From Leptogorgia sarmentosa (taxonomy: Eukaryota): 64,000 nucleotides of DNA. Shown one piece after another: positions 23,054 to 34,415 of this stretch. Every line of letters begins with the position of its first letter. The stretch's first letter is position 1. The notes under the pieces are model-generated. The model was not told the DNA's origin. It worked only from the letters and a program-made list of their open reading frames with translations, and searched no databases. A program made the position numbers and the translations under genes. The stretch lies in the NCBI GenBank assembly GCA_964658305.1, contig OZ210885.1:14012001-14076000 (forward strand), read 5' to 3'.

Positions 23054-26000
23054 ATGGAAAAGGCAATGGAGGAACTTAGTCACAAAATAAAGACATTGAG
23101 GTTCAGAATGGGAAAAACAAATGATGTAATTGGCAAACATGATAAGGAGGCCCTCGAGAGGCAACGTTTATCCGTCACGACTATCTCAACCATGGTGAAC
23201 ACTTTAAAAGAGAATATTGAGGAAGGAATGTTTACAAAAGGTGATACAGAAGAACAAGTCCAAGAGTGGGCTGCTGAAACGGAAACCCTGCTGGCGCAAG
23301 CGGACCATTGTGTGAGGGAAATCACAAGAGAGCTCAGGGACCTGCAGATAGCGGCGGAGGAAGCTACCACAGTACAAGAGCAGCGAAAGAAACTGGAGTT
23401 TGAAAAGCTTTTGACCGAGCAAAAACTGAGACAAGAACAGCAAGCTGCACAAGTCGAATCCTTACAGACATTGGACAGTTTGGGTAAACTTGATGCAGCT
23501 GTTAGGTTTACACTCGACAAGTTGGAAGTGATTAAGTGTTGAAATGTGGACAAAAAACAACCCAGTCAGAGATCACCAAGGTGGAAGGTTCTGGAAAGAC
23601 AAAGGCAGATCGTTCTTTGCAAACCAGGATAGCAAACACAACAGTGGGTTCAAGGGCTGTCTGTATTGTTCCAGTGAGACGCACCGAGCGATCAACTGCG
23701 ACAAGGTTGTGAAACCTGAAGACAGGAAGAAACTCTTGGCGGAGAAGCACTTGTGTTTTAACTGCACTGGTGCGAAACACAGAGCTGCTGACTGCAAGAG
23801 CAAGGGAAAATGTCAAATCTGCCAAGGGAAACACCATACCTCCATATGTGACAAGAATGCCAAGCCTCGGGAGCCGGGTATGACAGCAAATCATGTTGGT
23901 CAAAGCGCTGTTATACACCCTGTGGTAGTTGTTCGAATAAATGGATACAGATTCCGTGCATTACTGGACAGCGGTGCCAGTCATTCATATGCCTCTTCTA
24001 CTGCCATCAATCTCAGTGGAGCTAGAGCTAGAGTAAAGTCGGTTGGTCTTCGACAGATTGCGATGTTAACGGGAGTGACTACAAGAACAATGCAAGTATA
24101 TGAGGTGAAAATGCAATCGTTGTCGGGTGAATTTGATTTGGACGTGAACGTTACTAAGATAGAGAAGAGAGAGTTGTTGTCATTGGAAAATCCCTGTTAC
24201 AAGGATGTTGTGGAGAAGCATGCTCACTTGAGAGGAGTTCGTATGGACGACGATTATGACGAGAAAGAACAGTTGCCAATCCACCTCATACTCGGAGCCA
24301 ATGACTATGCTAAGATACGTACTAGTGAGAATTTGCGGTTTTTTGAACCGGTGGCGGAACATACCAAGTTTGGTTGGTCCATTATGTCCCCTGGAACGTT
24401 CTCGGCTTAGCAGATACAACCGGGCAGCAAAGCAACGTTCTGGGTGAATTTAAGGAGCAGCTTACAAGGTCAGACGAAGGTTGGTACGAAACGGCTCTTC
24501 CATGGAGGCCCAGTCACCAACCTCTATTGAGCAATCGTGATGGTAGCCTCGGACGGTTGAACTCGCTCCTACGGAAGCTGAAGAGAACAAACATGCTGAA
24601 CGAGTACGATGCAATAATTCGCGACCAGATCAAGCAGGGAATCGTAGAAAGGGCTCCGGAAGAAGTTGTTGGGAAAGAGTTCTACCTCCCACATCGTGCC
24701 GTGGTGAGAGAGAATGCAGAAACGACGAAAACACGAATTGTCTACGATGTGTCGGCGCGCGAAAGGGAAAATACTCCGTCACTCAACGATTGTCTGCAGA
24801 CAGGACCACCGTTGCAAAACCTGCTGTGGAGTGTCATTATTCGAAATCGTTTTCATCCAGTGGCGTTAGCGGGGGATCTGCAGAAAGCGTTTTTGCAAGT
24901 TCGAGTGCGGGAGGCTGAACGAGACGTGTTGCGATTTCATTGGATCAAGGATCTGCAATCATCTGAAGTTGAGGTGCTTAGGTTCACAAGAGTAGTGTTT
25001 GGTCTTGCACCGTCACCCTTCCTCTTAAATGGAGTAATTCAACACCACCTAGAAAACCTTGAAACTCAGTATCCCACAAGTGTACCCGAAGTACGTAAGA
25101 GTCTGTACGTGGATGATCTTATATCTGGAGCTCCCACTACCGAGGAAGCCAAGAAGCTAAAACGCGATGCCATTGAGATCTTTGATGATGCACGATTTCG
25201 ATTGCATAAATGGAACTCGAATATTTCGGAACTTGAGTCGGACGCGTCTGAGAGTGAACTTACATTCGCCAAGGAACAATTCGGTGGAAACCCAACAAGT
25301 AAAGATTGTAAGCTACTAGGTCTCGGATGGGACAAACTCACCGATGCTCTGCGAGTAACCTTTCCAACCATACAAGCTGTGCTGACGAAGCGCGGAATTC
25401 TCGCATACTTGGCGAAAGTGTACGATCCCCTCGGAGTTGTATCGCCAGTGTTGTTGGATGGAAAACTGCTTTATCGTGAGATTTGTGAGTTAAAGATTCG
25501 TTGGGATGCGCCATTACCTGAGTCGGTAGCTAAACGTTGGGAAAAGGAGCTAAGGTGGAGCTACATTCGTTCGGAGATGCAAGCGGTCGAGGCGTGTGCG
25601 CAGCTGTTTATGCGGTGGTCAGGCAAGATTCGGGGGTCACGCAAGGGTTAATTACAGCGAAGTCTCGGTTGGCGAAAACTAACCTAACCATTCCAAGATT
25701 GGAGCTTATAGCGGGCCACATGGCCGTGAATTTAGCTGTGAACGTCAGAGATGCTTTACAAGGGTTCAAGGTCGCAGAAAATATCCATTGCTGGTTGGAC
25801 AGCACCGTGGCCTTACATTGGTTGAACGACAATGGGGAGTACCGCCAATTCGTCGCGAACCGAGTAAACAAGTGGCCACCTGGGATCGTGACCAAAGCTA
25901 ATGACGTTAGTGACGCAGAGCGGAAGGTTCAACGAGAACTGTCCATGGTGGGAGTCGAGGGCAGTGAACACCTTGACGCCCTCCTGGTCAATTTCGGCTT

Positions 26001-27494
26001 GCGTAAAGCCTTGAGGAGTTCTGGATGGGTTCCTAACCTCATCCACAATTCTCGAAATCCTTCCAAGAAGATCGATGGAGCGATGACAACTGATGAAGTG
26101 CTGAAACAGGAGCTATGTTGGATAAAAGGGACGCATAACAAGCGGTAAACACGGAGAAGTTTCGGGAAGATAAAGAGCAGTTAAATTTAAAATTGAACGC
26201 AGAAGGAATATGGGAATGTCGTGGCAGAATCCAAGGGCAGTATCCGATCTATTTACCTGATTGTGCCTTATTTACGACCAAAGTGGTACAAAGAGCCCAC
26301 GTTTGTATGTTACACGGTGGCGTGGATCTGGTTATGGCTAAAGTTCGTGAAAGATACTGGATACCCCGTCTTCATAAGTTGCGAAGATGGTCATCACCGA
26401 CTGTTGGGGATGCAAGAAATTTAGGACAGCTCCAGCAAAATCTTCACCTCCTGGTCTGTTACCGAGAACGCGAACCGAGAAATCTACCCCGTTCGACATC
26501 ATTGGCGTGGACTTCGCCGGACCAGTGAAGTATCGCAGCAAAGGGAAAGAAAGGAAGTCGTACATAGTTCTATACTCGTGCAGTTTAACTCAGGCGGTGT
26601 TGTTAGACTTGCTACCTAGCCTCGAAACGAAGGAATTCATCAAGAGCTTGAAACGGACGATCGCAAGAAGGGGAAGACCGTCGTTGATCTATTCAGACAA
26701 CGGGTCCACATTCGTCGCGGCGGCGAAGTGGTTGAAATCCGTACGCAAAGACGAAGAGCTAAACAATCTTCTCCGAAATCATTCGATATCATGGCGGTTC
26801 AATCTTAGCAGGGCCCCCTGGTGGGGGGGCCAATTTGAACGTCTGATCGGGATAATGAAAGCGGCATTTTACAAAACGGTCGGAAGTGGAGTGCTTACGT
26901 GGGACGAACTTGGCGAGGTGCTCCTGGACATAGAAATTGCAATCAATAATCGACCCCACCCTTACTCCAAATTTTATGTTGTTTCTGAATCCTAACTACC
27001 TACCAGAATTAAAGCCATATCATCACGAAGAAACAACCTTAAGAAAACGTGCAAAATTCTTAAGGAAAGCCAAGGACGAAATGTGGAGGCGATGGAGTAA
27101 TGAGTGTCTGAGGTCCCTCCGCGAACGCCATCGGTTGAAACACAAATCACAAGGCCACGTCATTGCAGTAGGTGATGTCGTATTGGTAAAGTCGACGGAA
27201 CGAAATCGAAACAACTGGCCGTTGGGAATAGTAGAAGCGCTGATTGTCGGCAAAGACGGTGCAGTTCGTGCAGTTCGACTGAGAAGCGGTCGTGATCGAT
27301 TAGAATGCGCGGTACAACATTTATATCCTCTCGAACTAAGTTGTGACCTCTACAAGGAAAAGGACGGGGAGAACAAGAAGAAATCTGTGGAGCTGAATCC
27401 AGAAGCACCCAAGTTCAAGCCGAAGCGACAGGCGGCGGTTGAAGCCAGTGAACGGATTAGCGAACAGTTAAACGATGAAGAACAGCGAGAATGA
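23054..27494 (+). pseudogene. Inner BEL gag-pol (CCHC knuckles, protease, RT, RNase H, integrase), frameshifted
   Basis: CFNCTGAKHRAADC, ALLDSGAS, YLPHRAV, LYVDD, LHSFGDAS, IPRLEL, GVDFAGP, SDNGSTF, APWWGGQFER. Confidence 0.93.
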
Positions 27495-29913
27495 CTGGTT
27501 AACTTTAAGTATATTCGCACGATACATTGAGCTTTATCAAAGAACAATTTCGTAACTGTTAGCGTATCCAAGAACATATGAATCGAATACGATTCATATG
27601 TCCTTGAAATCGATAAAAAAGCTTCATGTTATTGTTATATTAGAATGGTGGGTTTAGGGCCACTCCCGTAGACAGCCTGTGTGCGGGCGAAGAGTATAGG
27701 GGGTGTGGTTTTAGAAGGGAGAAAAAAACAGTGAAGTAGTCAAGTTGAGTTGCTAAATAAAAATACAAAATTCGTGAGTCGTGAGGTTTTTTAAAGGAGA
27801 CGTAACACCTCTGTGTGCGACGTTTTCGACACTCCCTTTGAAAATCCCCACGTATCCCTAGGTCCCACTACAAACCTCAACGGCCCACCCCCATCAACAA
27901 GTTTTAGCTACAACCCCCATGTTTTCGATGGTCCATCTACAAATAGAGTTCCAGTGATAAGTGTAGGCAACAGCCCACTTCACATGACCAACCAAGTTCC
28001 TATCTCCCAAGCCTACCACAAAACTGCATCAGTAAACCTTAACAGTACAGTCCCACTATGGAGTGTGAACGGTCGCCCACATCAAATACCTAATGCGCAA
28101 CCCCCCACCCAATTCAGCCAAGTTGGAGATGCGACCGGAAGTCAACTTATAGAGTCGCTGACATCAGCCAATCAACAAGTGGTCGCTGGCTTAGCAAGGC
28201 AAAACCTGCCGAAGTGTCATCCAGACATTTTTGGTGGTGATGCAACACTCTTTCATCCCTGGAAAAGAGCCTTCAAGGCTATGATCAAAGACACGTCTGT
28301 AACCTCTGAACAAGAGATTAATTATCTACGCAGTTTCACCCGTGGAGAAGTCCAGCGTGTTGTAGACAATTTCCGGAAACGCCATCAGAATGATCCCACA
28401 GCCCTTCTTCAGAACCTCTGGAAAGAACTAGAGACACGCTTCGGAAGTGCAGCTGTCATAACAAATGCCTTGTTGGAACGCCTACACAGCTTGTCGAACT
28501 TCCAAGAGAAAGACAACACCAAACTCCAAGAGTTCGCTGACCTATGTGTGGATGTGAACAGCCAGATCGAGAATCTACCTGGATTGGCTTGTCTACACTA
28601 CCCTGGAGCGATTCGCCCGATTGTCGCAAAATTACCAGCATCGATAAAAACGAAGTGGGAGAAGGAAGTCGTGAAACATGCTGAAACCCACAACAATGCA
28701 TACCCAGGCTTTAGCGTTTTTACTCAAGTGGTAAAGACTCAAGCAAAGATCAAGAACCATCCGAACATCCTTGCAGGCAATCTCCAGAAACTCGCTCTTG
28801 AAAGATATAGAGAAAAACCCAGAGATCAAAGGGCTCTGCGAACGAGCTTAGATGGCGAAAGCAAGAACCCATCACAATCCATCAAGAAGTGGTGTCCCTA
28901 CCACAAGTGTGATCGCCATGGACTAACTGAGTGCAAAGCATTCGAAACAAAAGCATTACGAAAACGAAAGAACAGAGTGGATACAGAAAGCAGGACTGTG
29001 TTTTCGATGCCTCAAAGAAGGACATCAAGCGAAGAAGTGCAAAGCCAAGATCAGCTGCTCCATTTGCGGACACGATCGTCACCTCGCATTGCTACACAAA
29101 GAAAAGGTGGAGAAAGAAAGTAAAGATGAGAATAAAGTAAACCCCGCTGATGGCGAGGAGAGTGCTTCCGAGCAGGTGACAAATAAATGTACAGCAGTAT
29201 GTGGCGAAAGTAACGGTGGCATTTCTTGTAGTAAATTCTTGCTTGTTGACATTGTCAAACCAGACGCAACGAATGAATCCTGCCGTGTATATGCAATCAT
29301 CGATGACCAGAGCAACAGTTCCCTCATCAGCAGCGAGCTAGCAGACATGCTTGGAGCAGAGGGTCCAAAGGAAAAATATTACTTATCGACATGCAGTGGT
29401 AGCAAGGAAACTAAGTTTGGTCGAAGAGTCTCCGGATTGGTCATAAGATCTGTTTCAAATGGTAGAGAAGTCCACCTGCCAACGCTTGAGAGCCAAGAAA
29501 TTGCTCGAGAGATTCCACCACTAGATGAAAGAGCAGGCGTGCATGTCCTTCTTGGCCGTGATGCACTTGAGCTACTGAAAGTCCGAGCATTCAAGAACGG
29601 AAAAAAGGGTGCCCCTTGGGCACAAAAGCTGTTGTTGGGATGGACTATTACTGGACAAATATGCTTAAATTTCTTGAACAGACCTGTCCACGTCGAAGCC
29701 CGAAAGACAAGCGTCATTCCAGATGGCACTGACGAAGCAGAAGTTTCTATCTCAGGAGGAGTAGATGGCTTGAAATATTATGTAGTTCCATGCCCGAATA
29801 CATTGGAGATTACAGATGGCATCATAGGGAGTAACATATTTCGCTCAAGCCCGCTTGATAATGAAGTCAGTCTTTCCATTGAAGATCGGAAATTCCTTGA
29901 GATAATGGAGAAT

Positions 29914-30043
29914 CTGTCGGGGTATACGAGATTTACCCCTCTCAGCCTGGAGCCAGAATTCGTATCCCCCTCAGCGCTTCGCGCTTCGGGGGATACGAGT
30001 TCTGGCTCCAGGCTTCGAGGGGTAAATCTCGTATACCACTCAG
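29914..30043. repeat. Long palindrome with ~55-bp arms around GCGCTTCGCGC; probable fragment of a non-autonomous fold-back element
   Basis: GGTATACGAGATTTACCCCT..AGCCTGGAGCCAGAA..CGTATCCCCC is mirrored by GGGGGATACG..TTCTGGCTCCAGGCT..AGGGGTAAATCTCGTATACC. Confidence 0.85.
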
Positions 30044-30644
30044 ACCTTCGGAATAAGTGTTAGTAACTCTGCTCGCAAGGTTTACTACTAGCTGCAGTTC
30101 TTTTTTGCAGACACGCCTTCTTCTTTGTTCTGTCTTCCCGCTGTCTGGCCGGCCTACTAGGTGTCAAGGTAGCAGTTTGTCCATTCTTTTTTCTTTTGGA
30201 CTGCTTTTCTTGTTCTTCGGAACTCGATTGGTAGTCTTTCCTGCTGTTTGTTGCGCGGTTAGCACGCGACACAGCATAGGGCCGCCCATTACAGTGTTTT
30301 TTTATTGTTTTTATTAGGTAGTGGGTAATAGCTCTTCTTGTGTGTGACCTGTCGAGGAGTCTGTTTGGGGACTACTCAAAGGTCGGTGGTCTTTTAGGTT
30401 CTTTTTTTTTTGCATTCGGTGTTGCGGATTGAGGTCGGTGGACCAACATATTCGTTCCCTGGCTCTTCTTCTTTAAAAAGGACCTTTCTTTCCACTTAGT
30501 TTTTTGATCCTTAGTGTGTGTGTGGGTCTTAATTTGTAGTACTTTTTAAGGCTCAATTTTCTTTGCCACTCGGGTCTTACCTGTTTTGGCAGTGTTTATT
30601 AGGATCAATTTGGTTTAGTTAAATAATTAATAGTAATTTTTGGT

Positions 30645-32435
30645 ATGTCTGCCCCAGCTGTGTTTAGTCAAGAGGACTTTGCGAAGTGGAACCAGACCAC
30701 GTCTGTGTTTCTCTTGCCAAAGAAACTGGTTGGCAAAACCAAAGTCCCTCAGCTACGGGCAGAATTAGTTAAGGCCATTGGGGAGAAGAGTGTGTCTTGT
30801 GTTCAGGCCTTGCCTGGCATGAAATTTCGTGTGTGTTTTTCTTCTCCCTCCGTTCGAAGTCAGTTTGACATCAACGGTCTTAACTTTCGGGGCCTTACCA
30901 TCACGCCCTTCCCGGCCTACGAGGAGGTCAAATCCGTTTTTGTGGATCGTGCACCTCCCCAGATGCCGGATCAATACATCTACGACGCCCTGGCACCATA
31001 CGGTCGTGTGATCGCGGTGAAGCACTTAACTATTAAGGGCTTCCCGTCTGTTAAATCTGGCACACGTATGGTGCAAATCGTCATATCGAAGGCCATCCCA
31101 GCTGAAATTCGCGTGGTTGGATTTCAGCTGTCGTTCCGTGACCGCGGGCAGCCTCCAACTTGCTTTGCGTGCCAAGAGGTGGGGCACACTGCAAAGGACT
31201 GCCCAAAGTCATCAAAACGCCATGGCCGTAATCAACATCGAAATAGTGCTGGTAAACCACAGCCTACAGAGGCGGAGGACCGTAACAACCTGCCGGCTAC
31301 GTCCGGCCTTTCTAAATCGTCCTCTGGCTCTCGCACTGGAGACCTTCGCGAGAAATTAACTCCGAAGGCCACCAACTCGGCAGTGCCCAAGGCTACCAGC
31401 AAGTCTAAGCCTACAGAGGGTTCGGCCAAAGACAAAAACAAACCCTCCTCTTCTTCTTCTTCTCGCAAGGGTGACCTGCGTGAGAGGTTAACGAAGAAGA
31501 CTAGCAAGCCGGAACTGCCATTTGTTCCGGCTGTAGCGGCTAAGGCCAAGGCTCCTCAGGCTAAGGGGGTTAATCCCCTATTAGTTTCGGCTAAGGAGAG
31601 CACCTTCTTGCCGGCCTCGTCCGGCCCTTCTAAATCGACCTCTTCTTCTCGCCCTAGAGGCCTTCGGGAGAAGCTGAGGAAGAAGGTTCCCAAGGCCACC
31701 GAGCCGTCGGATGACACCACAGTGACGCCTCCGACAGCGGAGCATTTGAAGCGCAAATCCTTTGATTTTGCGCTTCCAATACCCTATGCAAGCCCACGTC
31801 CCCTTGGCAAGTCATCATCCAAGGCACCTAAGGGTGTTAGGGCCAACTCCACCAGGGATGCTCCTTTTTCCTCTTCCTCCTCGAGTAGTGAGGATGAAGA
31901 GGGTATAGTGTCCAAGAGGGTATGCCAGTCCGCTCCTGCTCCTTTGACTCCGACCAATGTTAGCGTGTGGCCAGGGTTCACGAGCCCTTCTAGTCCAACT
32001 GCCACTCCAGAGGCCATGGAGGCAGAGGCTGACGTGGACAAATGTTTGAGTGGTGATACGGTCGTTGATCCGATCATCGCTCAAGAATCTGCGCCTGCTC
32101 TTGACTCTACTGAGCCAGTCGGATCCCCGGAGCATATGGATGATGCTCCCGTGCCTCTTCAGGCTGATGTGGAAGATGACGCTAATGCTGCTTCGCAGGA
32201 TCCTCCTGCAGTGGATATCTTGTCTCAGCAGTCTGAGTCATCCCTCGATCTCTTCGAGGCACTGGCAGCCATCCATGAAGACTCGCTGTCTCGTCTTCGC
32301 GATGATGTCAGTGAGGTTGGTGCATCTTCGACATGCACGTCGTTTAGTGATCAGCTTCGTGCTGATCAACTCGAGGAGCTGCCCACATCTGGGACATCAG
32401 ATTCTGATGGCGAGTCTGTTGTCCATCAATATTAA
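30645..32435 (+). CDS. Element D ORF1, open, 596 aa
   Basis: ALAPYGRV, SGTRMV, GQPPTCFACQEVGHTAKDCP; repeated S-rich/GDLRE(K/R)L motif; overlaps ORF2 ATG at 32407. Confidence 0.88.
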   Translation: MSAPAVFSQEDFAKWNQTTSVFLLPKKLVGKTKVPQLRAELVKAIGEKSVSCVQALPGMKFRVCFSSPSVRSQFDINGLNFRGLTITPFPAYEEVKSVFVDRAPPQMPDQYIYDALAPYGRVIAVKHLTIKGFPSVKSGTRMVQIVISKAIPAEIRVVGFQLSFRDRGQPPTCFACQEVGHTAKDCPKSSKRHGRNQHRNSAGKPQPTEAEDRNNLPATSGLSKSSSGSRTGDLREKLTPKATNSAVPKATSKSKPTEGSAKDKNKPSSSSSSRKGDLRERLTKKTSKPELPFVPAVAAKAKAPQAKGVNPLLVSAKESTFLPASSGPSKSTSSSRPRGLREKLRKKVPKATEPSDDTTVTPPTAEHLKRKSFDFALPIPYASPRPLGKSSSKAPKGVRANSTRDAPFSSSSSSSEDEEGIVSKRVCQSAPAPLTPTNVSVWPGFTSPSSPTATPEAMEAEADVDKCLSGDTVVDPIIAQESAPALDSTEPVGSPEHMDDAPVPLQADVEDDANAASQDPPAVDILSQQSESSLDLFEALAAIHEDSLSRLRDDVSEVGASSTCTSFSDQLRADQLEELPTSGTSDSDGESVVHQY

Positions 32436-33201
32436 TGGTCTCAATGACTGTATTAAACGAACCGCCCTGGTGGATTGGTTGAAATGTATGAAGGTGGATG
32501 TTGCATGTTTGCAAGAAATATGTTTGGTGGAAAACATATCTAGTAGAAACGTGTACCACATTAGTCAAAATAATTTAAACAGCCAGCCACATTGTATTGC
32601 CAAATTTACGCCGCAGTATGGACCTCTACACTGGCCCCAAACTTGGAGTCAGCTCCATCTATGTCCATTTGACCGGCTCGTGATCGACCTGAATTGGCAA
32701 ATAGCGCATGGCATTCTATACACGGGCTCTCGCTAGGGAACCCGCTTTAACATGCCCAACATCGATACGCGCTGTTTCTGTCGAGCAGATGAAGAAACGT
32801 TAGAGCATCTGTTCTTCGAATGTGAGCTGGCCCGCCTTTTGGTGGCATGGGTACACTACAATTTATGGCAGATATGTCCTAATGCCGCACCTTTTACCGT
32901 CACGGAACTCTTGTTCGGCTTCTCGTCCGAACGACGGCGCATCGTGCCCTCAATCATCGTGTGGATGCTCCACGTGATGAAACACACCATCTGGGTGGCT
33001 CGTTGCGATTTCCGTTTCCGTGGTAAGCGACCAATCGCCTCGGATTGCCAGGCGAAAGCCATCGCCAAAATAAAGTTTGTCCTTCGTCTCTTTGGTCGTA
33101 GGTGCAAACTCCCTGCTCAAGTGCGATCCTTTGAGTGGGATTGGCTCGCTCGTGGTATTTTAGGACATTTCGAGGGGGAGGAGCTGGTCTTCTCCTTTTA
33201 G
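32407..33201 (+). pseudogene. Element D ORF2 remnant: EN start fused to the C-terminal zinc-finger region
   Basis: MASLLSININGLND..ACLQE jumps near 32518 to ..WQIAHGILYTG..CFCRADEETLEHLFFEC. Confidence 0.85.
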
Positions 33202-33547
33202 TCTTTTTAATCTTTCTTTCTTCCTCTGCCGTTCCGTGAAGGGGGGTCGCCTTCGTTGGTTGTACTGCCCCGATCGGTTCGGTAGGGTCGTTTTCTCTTT
33301 TTAAATGCCCGTTGCTGCCTGTATCAGGTGAGCATCGGTCCATGTACCGTCCTAGTATGTGTTGTTTTTTATATAGAGTTAAATGCACTAATCGAGGCGT
33401 CAGAAAAATAAATATTCTCGGGGTGCATTTAATGAGGAGGTAGGGATCGTCCCCCTAGTCGTTTGCGTGCCGGTAGCACCCTCCTCGATTTAGGGAAATC
33501 CATTGCACGCCCCCCAGTGGGGGTGGATTTGCCTATATCCAACATAA

Positions 33548-33709
33548 ACTTACCTGACGCGAGAGGCACCTTGATCAACTAGGAGGTCCTCTCAGGATGA
33601 GGCCCTTTCATTGCACTTCGACTGGGTTGACTCCTGCGATTACCCCTAATGTGGGTAACTCGAGCGTATAATTTCTGGTAGTGGGGACCTGCGTTCGCGC
33701 TCGTCCCCT
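33548..33709 (+). ncRNA. U1: U1 snRNA nt 3-164, promoterless, 3' flank of element D
   Basis: Matches 7253-7414. Confidence 0.95.
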
Positions 33710-34391
33710 TTATCCTCATCTTATCATTCTCATTTCAATACTCAAACCTGCCAATATAAGTGTCGTCGAGCATGCTAGTATATTGACGAGACAACAATTC
33801 CATGTATTCTTCACACTGCAGGCCGGCCGCCTGTTTCATGAACACGTGTAACTCGATACTAAATCGTGGTCATTCGAAACTAATACACAACCATGCAATC
33901 AATATTGGAATTGGATTACTCACACCTTCTTGTATGCATGTCACATGGAATGAATGAATGAGTCAATCGATACACACGCTGCCAACCGATCATGCATTCT
34001 ATACTAGACTTATGTTAAACAACATTTCCAATTCAAATGCACTCGTCATTTCTCCAACCGAAGCGCAACCGGACACGCTTCGTTCAACTCAATGCATGTC
34101 GCTCATTTGCCATTCGCGAATCGGTCGCGGAGCCAGCGAATGCGAAAAAGCGCCACGTGCGCCTGCCAAAAAATCGCCAGAAATTCGTGGAGTTTCGCGC
34201 GTGCAGCCGAGTTAATTAGCAGCGCACAAACGATTGATTGTACGCATCATCATCACCGCGTGCGACAACGTTTGCGGCTTGTTTCGCTTGAGATTTCGCG
34301 GCCGCGGCTGCTGATGGCGGCGCGAAGGAGGACCGCATTTTTTCACCTTGCTTTTCTCGCTTAAAAGATGGCGTGGAACGGCGAATAAGGC

Positions 34392-34415
34392 ATCGCTTCT
34401 CGGCCTTTTGGCTAA
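34392..34415 (+). ncRNA. U2: U2 snRNA 5' part (nt 1-24), interrupted by element C
   Basis: ATCGCTTCTCGGCCTTTTGGCTAA after the same spacer as 7415-8113. Confidence 0.93.

Larger units (their letters stand above)
21631..27831 (+). mobile_element. Inner BEL/Pao LTR retrotransposon nested in the outer gag
   Basis: LTRs 21631-21849 and 27614-27831 nearly identical; CTCC on both sides; PBS TGGCGACCCCGGCAGGAT (tRNA-Arg-like) at 21853. Confidence 0.93.
20365..29912 (+). mobile_element. Outer BEL/Pao LTR retrotransposon (5' LTR ~20365-20744, gag and protease), 3' half deleted
   Basis: TG...CA segment with AATAAA followed by GTAAAA; gag 20810-21630 resumes in frame at 27836 once the inner element and one TSD copy are removed; YAIIDDQSNSS protease motif. 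Confidence 0.8.
30063..33547 (+). mobile_element. U1-targeting Tx1 element D: first ~65 nt lost, ORF1 open, ORF2 internally deleted, 3' end intact
   Basis: 5' UTR matches 41266 onward and 58327 onward; 3' end CCAACATAA abuts U1 nt 3. Confidence 0.9.

Noticed and set aside
33525..33547. Element-supplied promoter restoring the downstream U1 (nt 3-164)
   Set aside because: No copy of the U1 upstream block and no TATA at -31; U1 nt 1-2 are missing
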